Source of the DNA: the human T2T-CHM13v2.0 reference genome, Homo sapiens
Assembly (NCBI RefSeq): GCF_009914755.1
Contig: NC_060926.1
Strand: one strand, 5' to 3'
DNA length: 64,000 nucleotides
Part shown: positions 28,291 through 43,300 of the stretch, one piece after another
Numbering within the stretch: position 1 is the stretch's first letter
How the letters are laid out: every line of letters begins with the position of its first letter
Made by a program: the position numbers and the translations under genes
Notes under the pieces: model-generated
What the model saw: only the letters and a program-made list of their open reading frames with translations
What the model was told of the DNA's origin: nothing
Database searches by the model: none

Positions 28291-29479
28291 TAGAATGAAT
28301 CCCTATAGATTGAATCAACTTGTGAATGTATAGTTTAGTTTGTTCCTTTAAATATCTATATTGGGCTTTAGCAATGTACTCAATAATGCGATTACAAGGA
28401 GGAAGGCTCATATCCTGTCTTTAAATCTAGTGAGAGACAGAAAGTTATTATGAATTTTGACAAGAACCATAACAGAGGTATATGCAGGTAGTCATGGTAG
28501 CATGGAGAAGTAGCCCTAGCCCAGCTTGGTGGAGAAATGAAGGGTTTGGTCCAACCGGTGACAGTGGAGGGTAACCGTGAAGATGGGGAAACACACATGG
28601 ATTCCTAGGAGGAGGTACAAGCCTAATAATAGTTGGTGTTGCTGAAGAGCAAGTATGAAGATGGGAAGCAGAAGAAAATCCGATGAGAGAGCAGGAAGGA
28701 GCCACGTGGTAAAAAATATCCTTTGTACTTGTTGAGGCTACAGACAGGCCAGAACCCAACAGGAGCTGAGGCGCAGGATGATCCTGCTTCCTGATCTGCA
28801 GGTGGATTAGTGGATAGAAGAGAGCCAGTTGGGAAGGGCAGGACTTTCCCTAGGAGTCCCCAGGGTGCCGAGCCACCATGGTCACATGACCTGATGCAAC
28901 TGAGACAGAACTGCCTGTTGTCTCAGAGGCTGGTGAGCAGGACACAGGAATCACCAGTAGCAAGACAGTTCCCTTGGTTGATAGTCTTGGACTACAGTCC
29001 TAGAGTAGCCCCAAGACTCAGCTACTCCTGAATGTCTTCTGGGAACCAGCAGTCAGCGGAGGCAAGAAAAGAACATGTTTTGCTGTGGTGTCCCCTCCTC
29101 CCCAGAGTGTTTGGCACCCCATGCTGCCAATCTCCAGCTGTCTGTCTAGACGGAGCACAGATTGGACCCATGAGGTACTGAACACTGTGATCCAGGCCCA
29201 CTCACTCTTGGCCAGCCCGAGAGTGAGCATCCAAGGATAGCATCTGAGCTGGAGACACAGGGGGTCTCCTTTTCCAATTAGCACTCAGGTGCTCCTCCCA
29301 AATCATGGATGTCTCTGCTCACTGTATTGCCACATCCCGAAATTTGCACTGGGTCCAGGCATGCTTAGAAAAGCCCTGCTTCCCCTGCTCTTGCTGATCA
29401 TTTCCCAGGCCCTAGGACAAGCTCCATTTGATCTTCATAGCACAGATCCTTGGAAAAGCCTTGATGCCTCAGTGAACAG

Positions 29480-29720
29480 TAATAGTTTTCAAAGATTAAA
29501 CGCCTACATGGTTAGGACCTGGACACTCATACTATTCTCTCATTATTCTGTTGACTTCACACAGCAACCCTGTGAAAGAGACATTATTAACTCTATTTTA
29601 AAATGACAAGTAGGAAAGCAGGGCTTTGAGAAGTAAAGTAACTTGCTCATGATCTCACAGCTATAGATGCGGTGGAAGCAGGATCTGAACCCAGAACTAC
29701 TAACTCTATATGCCACATTC
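29480..29720 (-). mobile_element. MIR
   Basis: cacagcaaccctgtga...gagaagtaaagtaacttgctcatgatctcacagct...ggatctgaacccag. Confidence 0.7.
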
Positions 29721-30595
29721 CATCTGTTAAACTGTATTGCCTTTGCTGTCCAACTGTTTCACTTTTAGATGAGAGTAAAAGGAGCAGGGGGAGAAATTGA
29801 TTTGCTGAGATACACAGCAGATCTTTCAACCAAGGCTCTGGCCTCCCATTTCCCTTTCTTTCGGGGTACCCCCATATTCTCTTGGGTACATTTCCTGAGC
29901 TGCTCTTCCAGATCCTCCTCATTTGGCCTGGGATGCAGGAAGCTTGCTGGAGATCCTGGACAGCTGTAGACAGCCAGCTTTGCCTTCTCTGAGCAATGAC
30001 AGCCCTGGGCTCCACTGCCACATATTGGCTTGGACAGAGACAGGTGTGAGAGATGGGGTGCCTCCTGGAAGTATCAGACTCCACATCAGACATTCACCCT
30101 GGAAGAACTCTGGTGGGATTTAGAATCCCAGGGTTTATTGTAATCATTTGAATGAAGTCTTTGTCTTCCTTTCCCATCCACTACTCAAATCTTGTGGTGA
30201 TCACTAACCAGAGGATTCAGAGAAATCAAAGCTTTGAAGGAAGTTCGCCTTTCAATGTGTTCACTCCACATTGAACACGTCCACAGCTCCTGACTTCTCG
30301 AATTAATAACAAAGAGATTTTTTTTTTTTAACAGCACGTCAGAACAAATGAAGGCAAGGAGCCAGTTCTCAGTTCTCTGTAGATCATGAGAGTTTTTGTC
30401 CGTGACTATTGACCCTGTGTCCTTCCCTGGAAGTACTCAACTCACTTTAATTAGCTCACATTCTGTCCCCTTCATCTAACCCACATCACGGTGGTTCCAA
30501 GGGATGAGAACTGTGCACTGTGGCAGACACCTCTGTCTGTTCCTTTGAGCACCTACTACTGTGAGGCTCAATTGCCAGGGATCATAGAATCAAGG

Positions 30596-30746
30596 CAGGA
30601 TCAGCGACATCATGTGTGGGGCCCAGAGCAAAATGAAAAAGTGAGACCCTTCTTCTAAAACTGCTAAGAATTTCAAAACCTGGGAGTAGGGCATTCAACC
30701 AAACATGGGGCCCATCTAAAGTTGGACACTCATGGAGCTGGTCCAG
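30596..30746 (-). mobile_element. MER45A (hAT-Tip100 MITE)
   Basis: caggatcagcgacat...gtggggcccagagcaaaatgaaaa...aagaatttcaaaac...catggagctggtccag matches the recalled MER45A reverse complement. Confidence 0.75.
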
Positions 30747-32646
30747 TGTGGGGCAGTGGAAAAATGTAGCACAGATGAAGAAGAGAGAGAAGTTAGAGCT
30801 GAGTGTTAGCATCTCAGTCTATAAAATAGGGTGCTAACCCTTACCTTGCTAATTGTATATTAAATTTTGGTAATGTATGTAGACCACTAGGAAATGTTAG
30901 ATGATCATTAAGGAGGAGCTCCTTTCCCTAAGGGAGAACCTAACTTAAAGACCTCATTTTGCAGAGGAGAAACCTGAAGACTAGAAAAGAAAAATGCCTT
31001 GTCCATGTTTAGTCAGGGAATCCATCTGTGGTGGGCCTGGGATAGGGGACCACGGTCTTCATTCCCAGCTTGGTGAACTTTTCACTGAACCAGGCTGCTT
31101 CTCATCTCTCCAGATGCCTTTGGATAATTCCTGCTTGCTAAAGAGGCGGGGCCTTAGTCCTCATCGGCAGATGGTTTGGAGACTGAATCAACTATCTGTA
31201 AGTTTGGGCTCCACTTCCTGCCCAGTTGCTGTCCCATGAGTGAATAATAATGAAATAAATGTTATCCTTCATCACAGGATGCTTGGGGTGAGGGGATAGC
31301 TTTCTCAGATGACTTCTCACATGGTTTGTGATGAAATAGTTTTTCTGCACATAGCCACTTTCCAGTCACTAGACGGCTGCTTTGGGCATTAACAAATAGT
31401 GAACCCGGTGGTAGTTTGATTTAAAGGTGATGACACAGACAAAGACAGGGTCCACTGGATCTACTGGCTGTGGATAATGTCAGTGCTTAACAAGAATAAT
31501 AATACTACAAAAATATTCTATAGATAGACACTTCGGGGAATTAGAAACTACTGTTATAATAAATATCATCGCTCTGATAACAGAGGAAGGGCAAGGCTAG
31601 TGTGATTTTATTATAACTTTTCAGAAGAGAACACTGGCTCACAATGACCTGACTATCTGCCCAAATTAACAGTTATATATATGGTGGTGATGGGGGCTTC
31701 TGAGAAGGACATTACATTTGATTACGCCTTTATTTCCTGTGCCTAAGAGACAATTGTGAACTAAATCAATGATACTTTCGACCTCTAAATTTCACTCGGT
31801 GAGAACACAACAGAATGTATTGAAAAGGAGATGCAATTTCAGAGTCCTGTATTCCTTCCTGTCTTTTCCAACACTCATTCCTGGAAACTGAAGGCTGGTG
31901 AATCACTCTGCATCAAGACCTGGACTTGTTCTTAAGTGGGGGCCCTGATCAATAGAACAGCCTTTTACAGGGATATGAGGGCTGGTCTTATATTCTGTGG
32001 TGACTGTGTTCCTAATTGTGGTTCCAGTCTCAAAGTCATATAGAAGCTTGGTTTTCTGTGGACAATTTCATTCATAGCTTATGAGTACAGCTGCCATTTT
32101 TTTACTTGGTGATGACCCTCAACTCTATTCTGCCCAAATTCTGTCCAAGCTTCAGGCCTATCTGCTAGACTCAATTTTTGGGTGAATCCCAAGCATTTTA
32201 AACTTAGAATGTCTTTAACTGAACTAATCCCCCTGCCCCCCTTACTTTCTCTGTGGTTTCCTTTATCCCAGTTGGCAGCAATGTCTTCACCTGTATCAGC
32301 CTCCTTCCTCTCCTTTCTCAAATATAATAAACTAGGTTATAAAAGTCTGTCTGTTCTATTTGTCTCTAAGCCTCCAGCCTTTCTACTTCCAACTTATTCC
32401 TACCATGCTCCCGGAGGGACCCTTGATTATGTCCCTCCCCACTGAATATTTTGCTGTTATTTATTGTTACATCAAACAGTCTTTTCATTGATAACAACCT
32501 AAGAGGTAGTTACTAATACCGTTTTGTAAATGAGGAAACTGAGGAATAGAGAGTCATACAAAGTCATACAGCTTCTAGGTAAGAAAGCAAATGTCTGAAC
32601 CCAAGAAGTCTATTTCCAGAGACTCTGCTTCTGGCTACTAGGCCAT

Positions 32647-33058
32647 CGTTATAGGCGGAATTATGTCCTCCTCTCCCTACCCAAATTTATACATTGAATT
32701 CCTGATCCTTAGAACCTCAGAATGTGATCATATTTGGAGATAACATCTATAAAGAAGTAATTAAGTTAAAATAAGATCTTTACAGTGGGCTCTAATCCAC
32801 TATAACTGGTGTCCTTATATGAAGATGAAATTTAAAAGAAGGAGAGCATACAGACAAGTGCCTATGCAGGAAATTCCACATGAGGGTGTGGCAAGAAGGC
32901 GGCCATCTGTGAGCCAAGGAAAGAGGCCTCAGAGGAAAGCAAACCTGCTGACACCTTGACCTTGGACCTTTGCCTCCAGAACTTCAAGATGATATATTTC
33001 TGTTGTGAAAGCCACCCAGCCTGGTATTTTGTTACAGCAGCCCGAGCAGGCTAATGCA
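32647..33058 (+). mobile_element. MaLR solo LTR, MLT1B-like
   Basis: acctcagaatgtgatcatatttggagata...aagccacccagcctggtattttgttacagcagccc...ctaatgca. Confidence 0.85.
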
Positions 33059-34767
33059 GTTGTGTTGCTTCTTGTTGCATATGAATACAGTCTACACTCC
33101 TTTAGCATGACAAACCAAGTCCTCCAAGATTTTGCCTCTGCCTTCCTCTTATGATTCATTACCCACATGCCACTAAAAACTTACATATTCTGGTCTTGTT
33201 GAGGTATTCGGCCTTCCTTTTCTGTGCCTTCTCATGATTGTATGACTTTCCATATGGTTATTTCTCTGCTTGTTCAATACTTTTATTTCTTTATTACCTT
33301 AAAACATCCAATCATCCTTTAAAATTTGACTTGGGTATCACCTCTTCTCTGTAACTTTGCTAGACCCTCCATTTGGAAGTACATTTAGTTCTTCCCTTCT
33401 GGGTCCTCTCACTAGCACCTTGCCTATAAATCTGTTCCAACAATCATCACCCTCCATTTCCTCATGAGATCATTGATGAGGGCCTCACATTGTCCTGGGC
33501 CTTGGGGGTACAGAGATAAAGGCACAAATCCTTGCCCTCGGGGATGTAACTGGCTAGTAAAGGAGCCTACAGTGGTGTTAATGATGGGGCAGGTTTCAAG
33601 ATCACAGAAGGGTCTGAAGATTTGATGACAGGTATGAGTAGGAAGTGATGGGAAGGCAAGGAAGGCATTGCTGATTGAGAAGACAACATGAACAAAGCAT
33701 GAAGAAGCAGCAGGGTGTGGTTGCAGTTTTTAGATTGTAGTCCCAGTGGACTATAATCTTGGGAGCAATTATTGAATGAATAAGTGTATGAATAAATCAA
33801 TGACTGAGCATATGAGAAATGGAAACAGCCTCATACATCAGAATCCTTTGGTTGAAAGCATCAGAAACCTACCCCAGCTAACTTAGGCAAAAGGGAGTTT
33901 ATTGGAAGGCTAAGGGAGAGGCTCATGGGGTGGGAGAAAAACTGAAAACCAGGTTGGGCAAAGAGAGGAACCAGAGACCTCTGAGCAGGACCTGCTTGCG
34001 AGGCTTCCCAGGTGTGACTGCTGGAACACGTGAAACACACACATGTTTTGTCTCTTCCCATTCTAGAAAAGAAACAATTAGCTGGGCTAGATCGGAGCAC
34101 ATGCTTCCTTCCTGGCTGGGCCAGGTCCCTGCTTCCCTGATTTTATACAATGATGAAGATATCATTCCCAAGTAAAAATCGCATTTCATCACCAAAAATG
34201 TGCAATAGACATTGGGGAATCAAGAAAAACAAATACCCACTACATAGGAATTTTCAAATGATTCATAACTGGCTGCTCTTCATTGACCGAAGAACCTTAG
34301 AAACTTTCATATTCAATAAATCACGGCTTGTTGGTGCCACTAAGAGCTGTCATCAGTCAATGAACCAACGTAACATTTTGATATGAGATGGAAATACCTT
34401 GGGAATTAACACATCCTCTTCTAGCCCTCCTCCCATGAGGTAAAAGTGTCTTCAATAACTCCTGTCTAAGCATCAGGCTAACCCCAACACCTGGTGTTAG
34501 CTGCTGACTTCCCCAACCTTACTTGAGGGCAAGTTCACATGTTTTTATGTTCCTAGGTTTATCTTGTGGGAACTAGGTTAATATTTGCAAAGGTACGTGA
34601 TTAATTATGTAGTTTCTATAAGTGAAAATTAATATTTCCTCAAAAATTTCTAAACGGAGGGTTTGACAAAGTCTGTTTATTCCCAGAGTTCAGAAAATAA
34701 TCTTTTTTAATCTTTGGCGCATAATTCAAACTGCAGAAAACTCCATCCATTTCTATTGTTTTGCTTC

Positions 34768-35077
34768 TTTTTTTTTTTTTTTTTTTTTTTTTTTTGAGAG
34801 AGAGAGTCTTGCTCTGTTGCCCAGGCTAGAATGCAGTAGTAGGACAATCATAGCTCCTTGTCACCTTGAACTACTAGGCTCAAGAGATCCTTCCGCCTCA
34901 GAATCTGGAGTAGCTAGGACTACAGGCACATGCTCCCAACTAATTTTAAAATTTTTTATAGAGACTAGGTCTCACTTTGTTGCCCAAGCTGGTCTTGAAT
35001 GCCTGGCCTCAAGCAATCCTACCACGTAAGCCTCCCAAAGTGCTGAGATTACTGGCATGAGCCACCTCACCAAGGCC
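34768..35077 (-). mobile_element. Full-length diverged AluJ (Jo-like)
   Basis: Poly-T 34768-34795; 'atcatagctc', 'ggctcaag', 'ggcctcaagcaatcct'. Confidence 0.9.
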
Positions 35078-35604
35078 ATTCTGATCTTTGATTCTATGGC
35101 ATCATACATTCATTCTTACCTGCTGTCCTGGCTAGGATCTTGCCAGAGAGAGATCTTATTGAGATGCAACCTCTCTTTTGGATATACCTCAAGACAAAAC
35201 TTCATTGACCAGATATAAAAAGCATGATGTTTACTAATCTCATCATTCATTACTCAAAAGGAAGCTGTTACCAGGCCATAAAAGCAATCAAGAATTTTCC
35301 TTTCGTCTCTCAAATTGAGATGTTTATATACCTCCCAAGTCCTAAAACTCTTATTTCCTTAAAAAAGAGGCTCACTTACAAAATACTGTGACAAAAAATA
35401 ATTGCCTTTATTATGCAGATGGTATTTCTGTGTAGCTCCACTTTTTGTTTGGTTAGGGTTCTTTTTATGGAGGTCTCAATGAGGTGTCCAAGCTCTGGCC
35501 CTGGCTTGCTGGGAGACTACCACACATCACTGAACAGCTCTAGATCTTAGTTTAGACATCTGTAAAATGAAAACCATAATGCTTACTTCAAATTTATTTC
35601 TCTT

Positions 35605-36680
<1,076 letters not shown>

Positions 36681-37066
36681 TCCATTTTGTTTTGCTTTTT
36701 AAAATTAAGTAAAATTAAATATATAGAATCACATAGTTGTATCAAGTATGTAGTAAGTATTTAAAATGATGGTGACCTTCCAACCTTCCCTGTCAATACC
36801 TGTTGACTGATTAATCAATTGAATGAATGAGTGGATTTTCCTTCTCCAAAAGGAGACCTGTAAGAAAGAGAAACAAACTGATATTTCACGGAGCAGGATT
36901 TCTCTGACCACCTAATATGAATGTGGATAGAAAGAAACTAAAACCAGTAAGACACAAGGATGCATCTTGGTTTTCCACCGAAAAGTTCTGTGGCCCTGGA
37001 TGCTGAGTTTCTTACTTATCATGTCCTAGGGGCACTGAGGCTAAACTCTATTTTAAAAGACATGAC

Positions 37067-37991
<925 letters not shown>

Positions 37992-39867
37992 TGACTTTAA
38001 ATAGTTTTCCTTTTCCTTTCACTGCTTCAGGAACTTCCACCCTGAGTCAATGCCAGATGGATTTGGTTTTTAGCTCGAATTTACCCGTAAAGGGTGGTGG
38101 AAGAGATGATTCATAAATCCCATCTTGACCTTATTTGCCTCATACTCAAACTGCAGCAGGTGAGCCGTTGGACTCTAAAGCATGGGATTTTACAGAGAAG
38201 TCAGTGCTCCGTGTCTAAGATTGTAGAGAGAAAAAATGTGTGCACAAGAAAGAAGTCAGGCAAATGCTTGTTTAAACTTGCTCATGGGCCCATGCAGGCT
38301 GTATAAACAGACCAAACAAAATAATGAGGACATGCATTTTGAAATCAAACAGAGGGTGTAACATTATTATTAGGCATAGTTATGTACATAGTATTTGATA
38401 GAACTGGGGGAAACGTGTGCATTGCATTCGTTGGATTCAGCTACTACTCAATTTACACACATTGTAGGAAAAACACTATATTGTGCTTGATACATCAAAA
38501 GAAGTTATAGTCTTACAGTTATATGTTTTATGCTTTTCCCAAGGAAATCTTTTCATTATGTCATCCCTTTGTTCAAACACATATTGTGCTTGCTCTACAG
38601 GAAAGAATAATATATCTGATGTTTGACACCTGATTTCTAATCCCAGCTTTGACACTGAGTACATAGCCCCAGGAAGCCAGATACCTCCTACAGGCCTAAA
38701 TTTCTTCATACGTAAAGTGGAGGCAAATATTAGTATTGGGGTTTTTTTTTGAGGAATAAGTGAGGTACTATATTTACAAATACTTAAGATAGTTTCACGT
38801 ATTCTCAAGTGTCTAACACATAACAGTTGCTGAAGAAATAATGAGTTATTCTTCTGAAGTCACCCCAATTGTTTCCTCACCTAAAAAATTTGAGCAGATT
38901 CTGTATGTTATGCCTAATTATAAAGTTTCCACCAATATTCGGGAAAAAATTTCAAACAAGGGAAACAAAAAGGCTATCTAGTGATTCTCTCTGATTCTGT
39001 AAATAGACATTCAAGAGATGGTCACACCCTTTGTATTTTTTAGTAAATTTATTTACTTTTTAAATTCTGGGGTAATGTTCTTATTTTATAAATGTTTATA
39101 AATTTGGAAAGAAAGCTGACTTTAATCCATTTATCTACACACCATGCTAAAATTGGGTTTTCTGTTATACAAAATCTTTGATTATCATACTGAAACCGTT
39201 GCATATTATAACAATTCTTGAATATCATTGCAAGGAAAAGCAATCAGCATTGCTTTTTACCCTCTCCCATATATCACTTAAAATTGATGACTACAATAAC
39301 TGACAAGTCCAAACGTGTTAAATGACAAATGCTCAATGCAATTTCTTAAACCTCTCAGTTATGATGACTTTTACAGTAAGATTCTGGGAGCCTGTATGTG
39401 AATTCAGTACCAATACACACGATCTCTCTTCTAAGATATGGATGAGTTCTCAAGGTTCTTTGAAATTCTTCTGATTCATTAGTATTTGGTCTTGACATTT
39501 TAAAATGAAAAGATAACTTCACATTTTCTACTTCCTTTCATTATGTTGGACTGCTTCAATTAGACACAAATATATACTTAACATTTATCTTCATCACCTG
39601 ATTTATTTCCCAATTTGCTGAGGACAGTAGGCTTTGTAGAAAGCAACAATGACAGAAAGCAAGAGGCGAGTGGAAATACGTAAGAACACTGGGAAGCAGA
39701 AAGCAGTGGAACCCACTCACTAACTCATCAGCACTGGAAAGCATGACCCTCAAACTCAACAAGTTTCCTGTAATTAATGTGGTCAGCTGTTTCGTTTACT
39801 GGTTTTACACAGCCCTGAGTGTTTTCCAGATGTAGACTAATGTCATACCTCCAAAACCCAGGAAGAA

Positions 39868-40370
39868 TAAGAATAAAAGAAAGGATAAAATCCTGTCACT
39901 TGCAGCAACACGAATGAGACTGGAGGACATTACATTACCTGAAATAAGCTGGACACAGAAAGATAAATACTGCATCTTCTCACTCATATGTAGTAGCTAA
40001 ATAAGTTGATCTCATAAAAGTAGAAGGTAGGGCAGTGGTAACTAAAGGCTGAGAAGGGTAGAAGGGAAGAGAGGGATATGGGGTAGGGAGAAGTTGATTA
40101 GTGCATGCAAAATTACAGCGAGGAGGAATAAGTTCAGTGCTCTTAAAGCACAGTAGGGTGACTATCGCTAATAATAATTTATTCTATATTTTCAAATAGC
40201 TAGAAGAAAAGATTTTGAATGTTCTCAACACAGAGAAATAAGACATGTTTGAGGGGATAGATGTGCTAATTGCCCTATTTTATCGTTATATATTGAATAT
40301 GGGTATCAAAATATCACATTGTACCCCCTAAATTGGTACAATTATTATGCGTCAATTTAATTTTTTAAAA
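39868..40370 (+). mobile_element. L1MA 3' end
   Basis: aaatcctgtcacttgcagcaaca...ttcaaatagctagaagaaaagattttgaatgttctcaacac...aatatcacattgtacccc. Confidence 0.85.
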
Positions 40371-43300
40371 GATAGGTAGGAAAGTTAAAATGAGGGAAAT
40401 AGCATTAGACTAAATTTAAATTAGGTGCCTTATTTCAGGTGGTAACAAACTTTATTCAATCATTCATGATATTATCTCAAATTTGGAGTTATTAAAGTAC
40501 TTTGACAATGGGCTTCATCTCACTTACTTACAATAATCCTGTGACAGAGGAATCATTTCATGGAAGAAGAAATCAAATCCCAGGAGGGAGAAGAGCTCCA
40601 TTTAATGTCACTCAAGTAGAACCTAGACTTAAACCCAAGCTTTCGAGTTCCAAGTCCGATGTTCAGGTCAACTTACCCCAGTTGTTTCCCCAGCACTGTG
40701 CTGGATTTCATGGAGACGCCGGGATGAATAAGCGGTAGCCCTTGATGCAGGGACAACTGAGGAATGGACAGTCTGAAGACCTCAGCTCATGTGTGTGAAT
40801 CCAGAATGGATGCAGATGGTCAAGGAGAAAAGGAACCTCTCATTCATTGAGCATGATTGTGTGCTGGACAGTGTGCCATGGATTCTTGTAATGATGGGAG
40901 GCAAGTAAGAATCATTTTTCCAGATGCAGAAAATGGAAACCCAGAGATTTTGTCTAATTTTTTATTATTGTCTTTAAACCAACCAAGTGAGACAGGTAAA
41001 ATTCAAACACAAATACCAGTTCTCAAAACGATTACTGTTGACTCACCTCATTGGGCTGTGAGTCTGAAGGGCTGGGTTTGATCTCAATTTTGATACTTAT
41101 ATGAGAAGACCATGTGTCTCTGTATGTGTGTGTGTATGTAATATACAAAATATTAGATATTAGCAAATTGCTGACCTTAAATCTGATTCTTAATCTCTCT
41201 ACCATTAAGCTCCCTCAATTATAAAATGACCATAATTAAACCGCTTTGTAGCATGTGTTACTCAGAATAAATTAAATGTCATATGCCTAGCACACATCTG
41301 GAAAATGTTGAGACTCATAAATGTTTATTTTGTTCCTTCCTTTCTGAAATCTGCAGAAGTGAGACTGCCCTTCTCTTAGTACAGTCACCTTGGACTACAG
41401 AAAGACAAAAAGAGTCATTGCAAAATGTACTTGAATGAATTACACTGCAAGTTAATTTTCTTCTAGGTATGTTAGCCCAATTCTACAATAATTCAGCTAC
41501 TAATAAAACTACAGGAATAACAATGAGCAGCATTTTTATAGCCGTTGATCATCACAGCAACACTAAGCAGCAGATAGGACAGTTTTGCTACTATTATTTT
41601 CGTTTTATTGATGGTCAAGACTTGGGGAAGCTAAATCAATGGCCCTAAGTCCCAAGACATCAGTTCAGGACCCAGAACAAGGCCCTCTTATTCCAAGTCC
41701 ACTGTCTTTGACAATATCCAACACAGCACAGCATTACACGTCAAACCAAAAGAGACATATGATCATTAAGGAAAACTTAGTGAACAAGATTCGAGCCTTT
41801 CTGAAAACTGTAAAGAAAAGGTCTGCACAGGGTGATGTCACCACCAAACACTGCAGAATATTATTATATCTCAAAAACCATGGAAGTATGCCGGCATTGC
41901 CTGGGAACAGATACCCTCAGGGCCTCTGTCATCTGGAGGTGGAAATGTGTGTTGAGGTCAGGGAGAGGAGCTCCTGTCAGCAGGAAGAACCATTGCTATT
42001 TCTGTTCAGGACAAAACAAAAATGACATCTGTCAAGGCCATTATTCTTTCAGACATGGCTGGGATGAACAAGTGATAAGGATGAGTTTGTAATACTCCCT
42101 TGAGAACGGAAAATCTCAAATCCAGAATATGGAGTTTTAAGAGCTGTACAGTGCCTTAGAAATCATTCATGGAAGCCGGAAATAAAACCTGGGACTTGAA
42201 ATTAAGAGAAAATCCCAACTTCAAGCCCAAACTCTGCCCTGTTGTCTCCAAAGACCGGTTTTTGCACCTGTAAATGAGTCTGTCGTAAAACAACATGAGT
42301 CAATACACATGAAAGCACTTTGAGAACTAGAAAGCTCTTTGCAAAATTAAGATACTTCAAAAAAATTAATAGAAAAAAAGATCCAGATTTGTCCAGCTAT
42401 TAGTATTAGAGAAATGAATATGAACTCAGGATTCCAGACTGCAGTTCAATACTTATTCCATGACTCAATATTATCACAACAATGTGACAAATATTGCCCA
42501 TATCCCTGGGATTGGTACTGGGATGAAGAGGAAACCACTAAGACTGATGTCTCCTTTGACTGCTGAAAGGGCCAGGCTAGAATGGTCGTTCCCATTGTCC
42601 CATCAGCTGCTGGTACTTACCTCTGACAAATCACCTGTAACATATGGCATAGTCCTTGTCTTTCTGCTTTTTGCCTATAATTTAATGGATTACATACTCC
42701 TTGAAGGAAAATACTGTTCTATTTATATTTCTCTATGTATCATCAATATATACCAGAGATTCCAGCCTGAAAAGAAGCTCTATAAATACAGAATAAATGG
42801 CTCCTACACTCCAGAAGCTCCTGCTCTAGTTAACAGGCCAGGCTCCAACAGGAACTGCAATGGAGACAAAACATGCATTAGAGAATCACGGGCTGGGTGG
42901 GTGGAGCAGTATTGGGGGAATTAATTCTTACTCTGAAGAAAAAATTATGCTGTTAATAGCATTAGGTGAAAACTATAGGAGCAGAGAATGTATCTAATAG
43001 ATGTCCGAGAAAGAATGCTGTGGCGTTAGTAAAGGATTGCATCCTACTTAGCAGCAGGACAGACTGGACTTATGCGGGAACCCACACCCTCTGGTTGCCA
43101 GTCTAGGAGCTGAACTCAGCCTTGACCTAAGCAATTTGTATTGATAGAGTAAGAAGCCATATCTCCACTTATGTGCAACTCTCAGTCTTGTTTCCATGTC
43201 ATTTCCAACTCCTGTGCTTCTGGAACATTCTGTGCTGTTTTACTCCTCCATTCCTTCCTATGTGTTGCTTTCTTTCATGGAATAACATTTTTCAACAGAT

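Noticed and set aside
42460-42924. 154-aa ORF
   Set aside because: Crosses MIR/L2-like relics; no domain; compatible with chance
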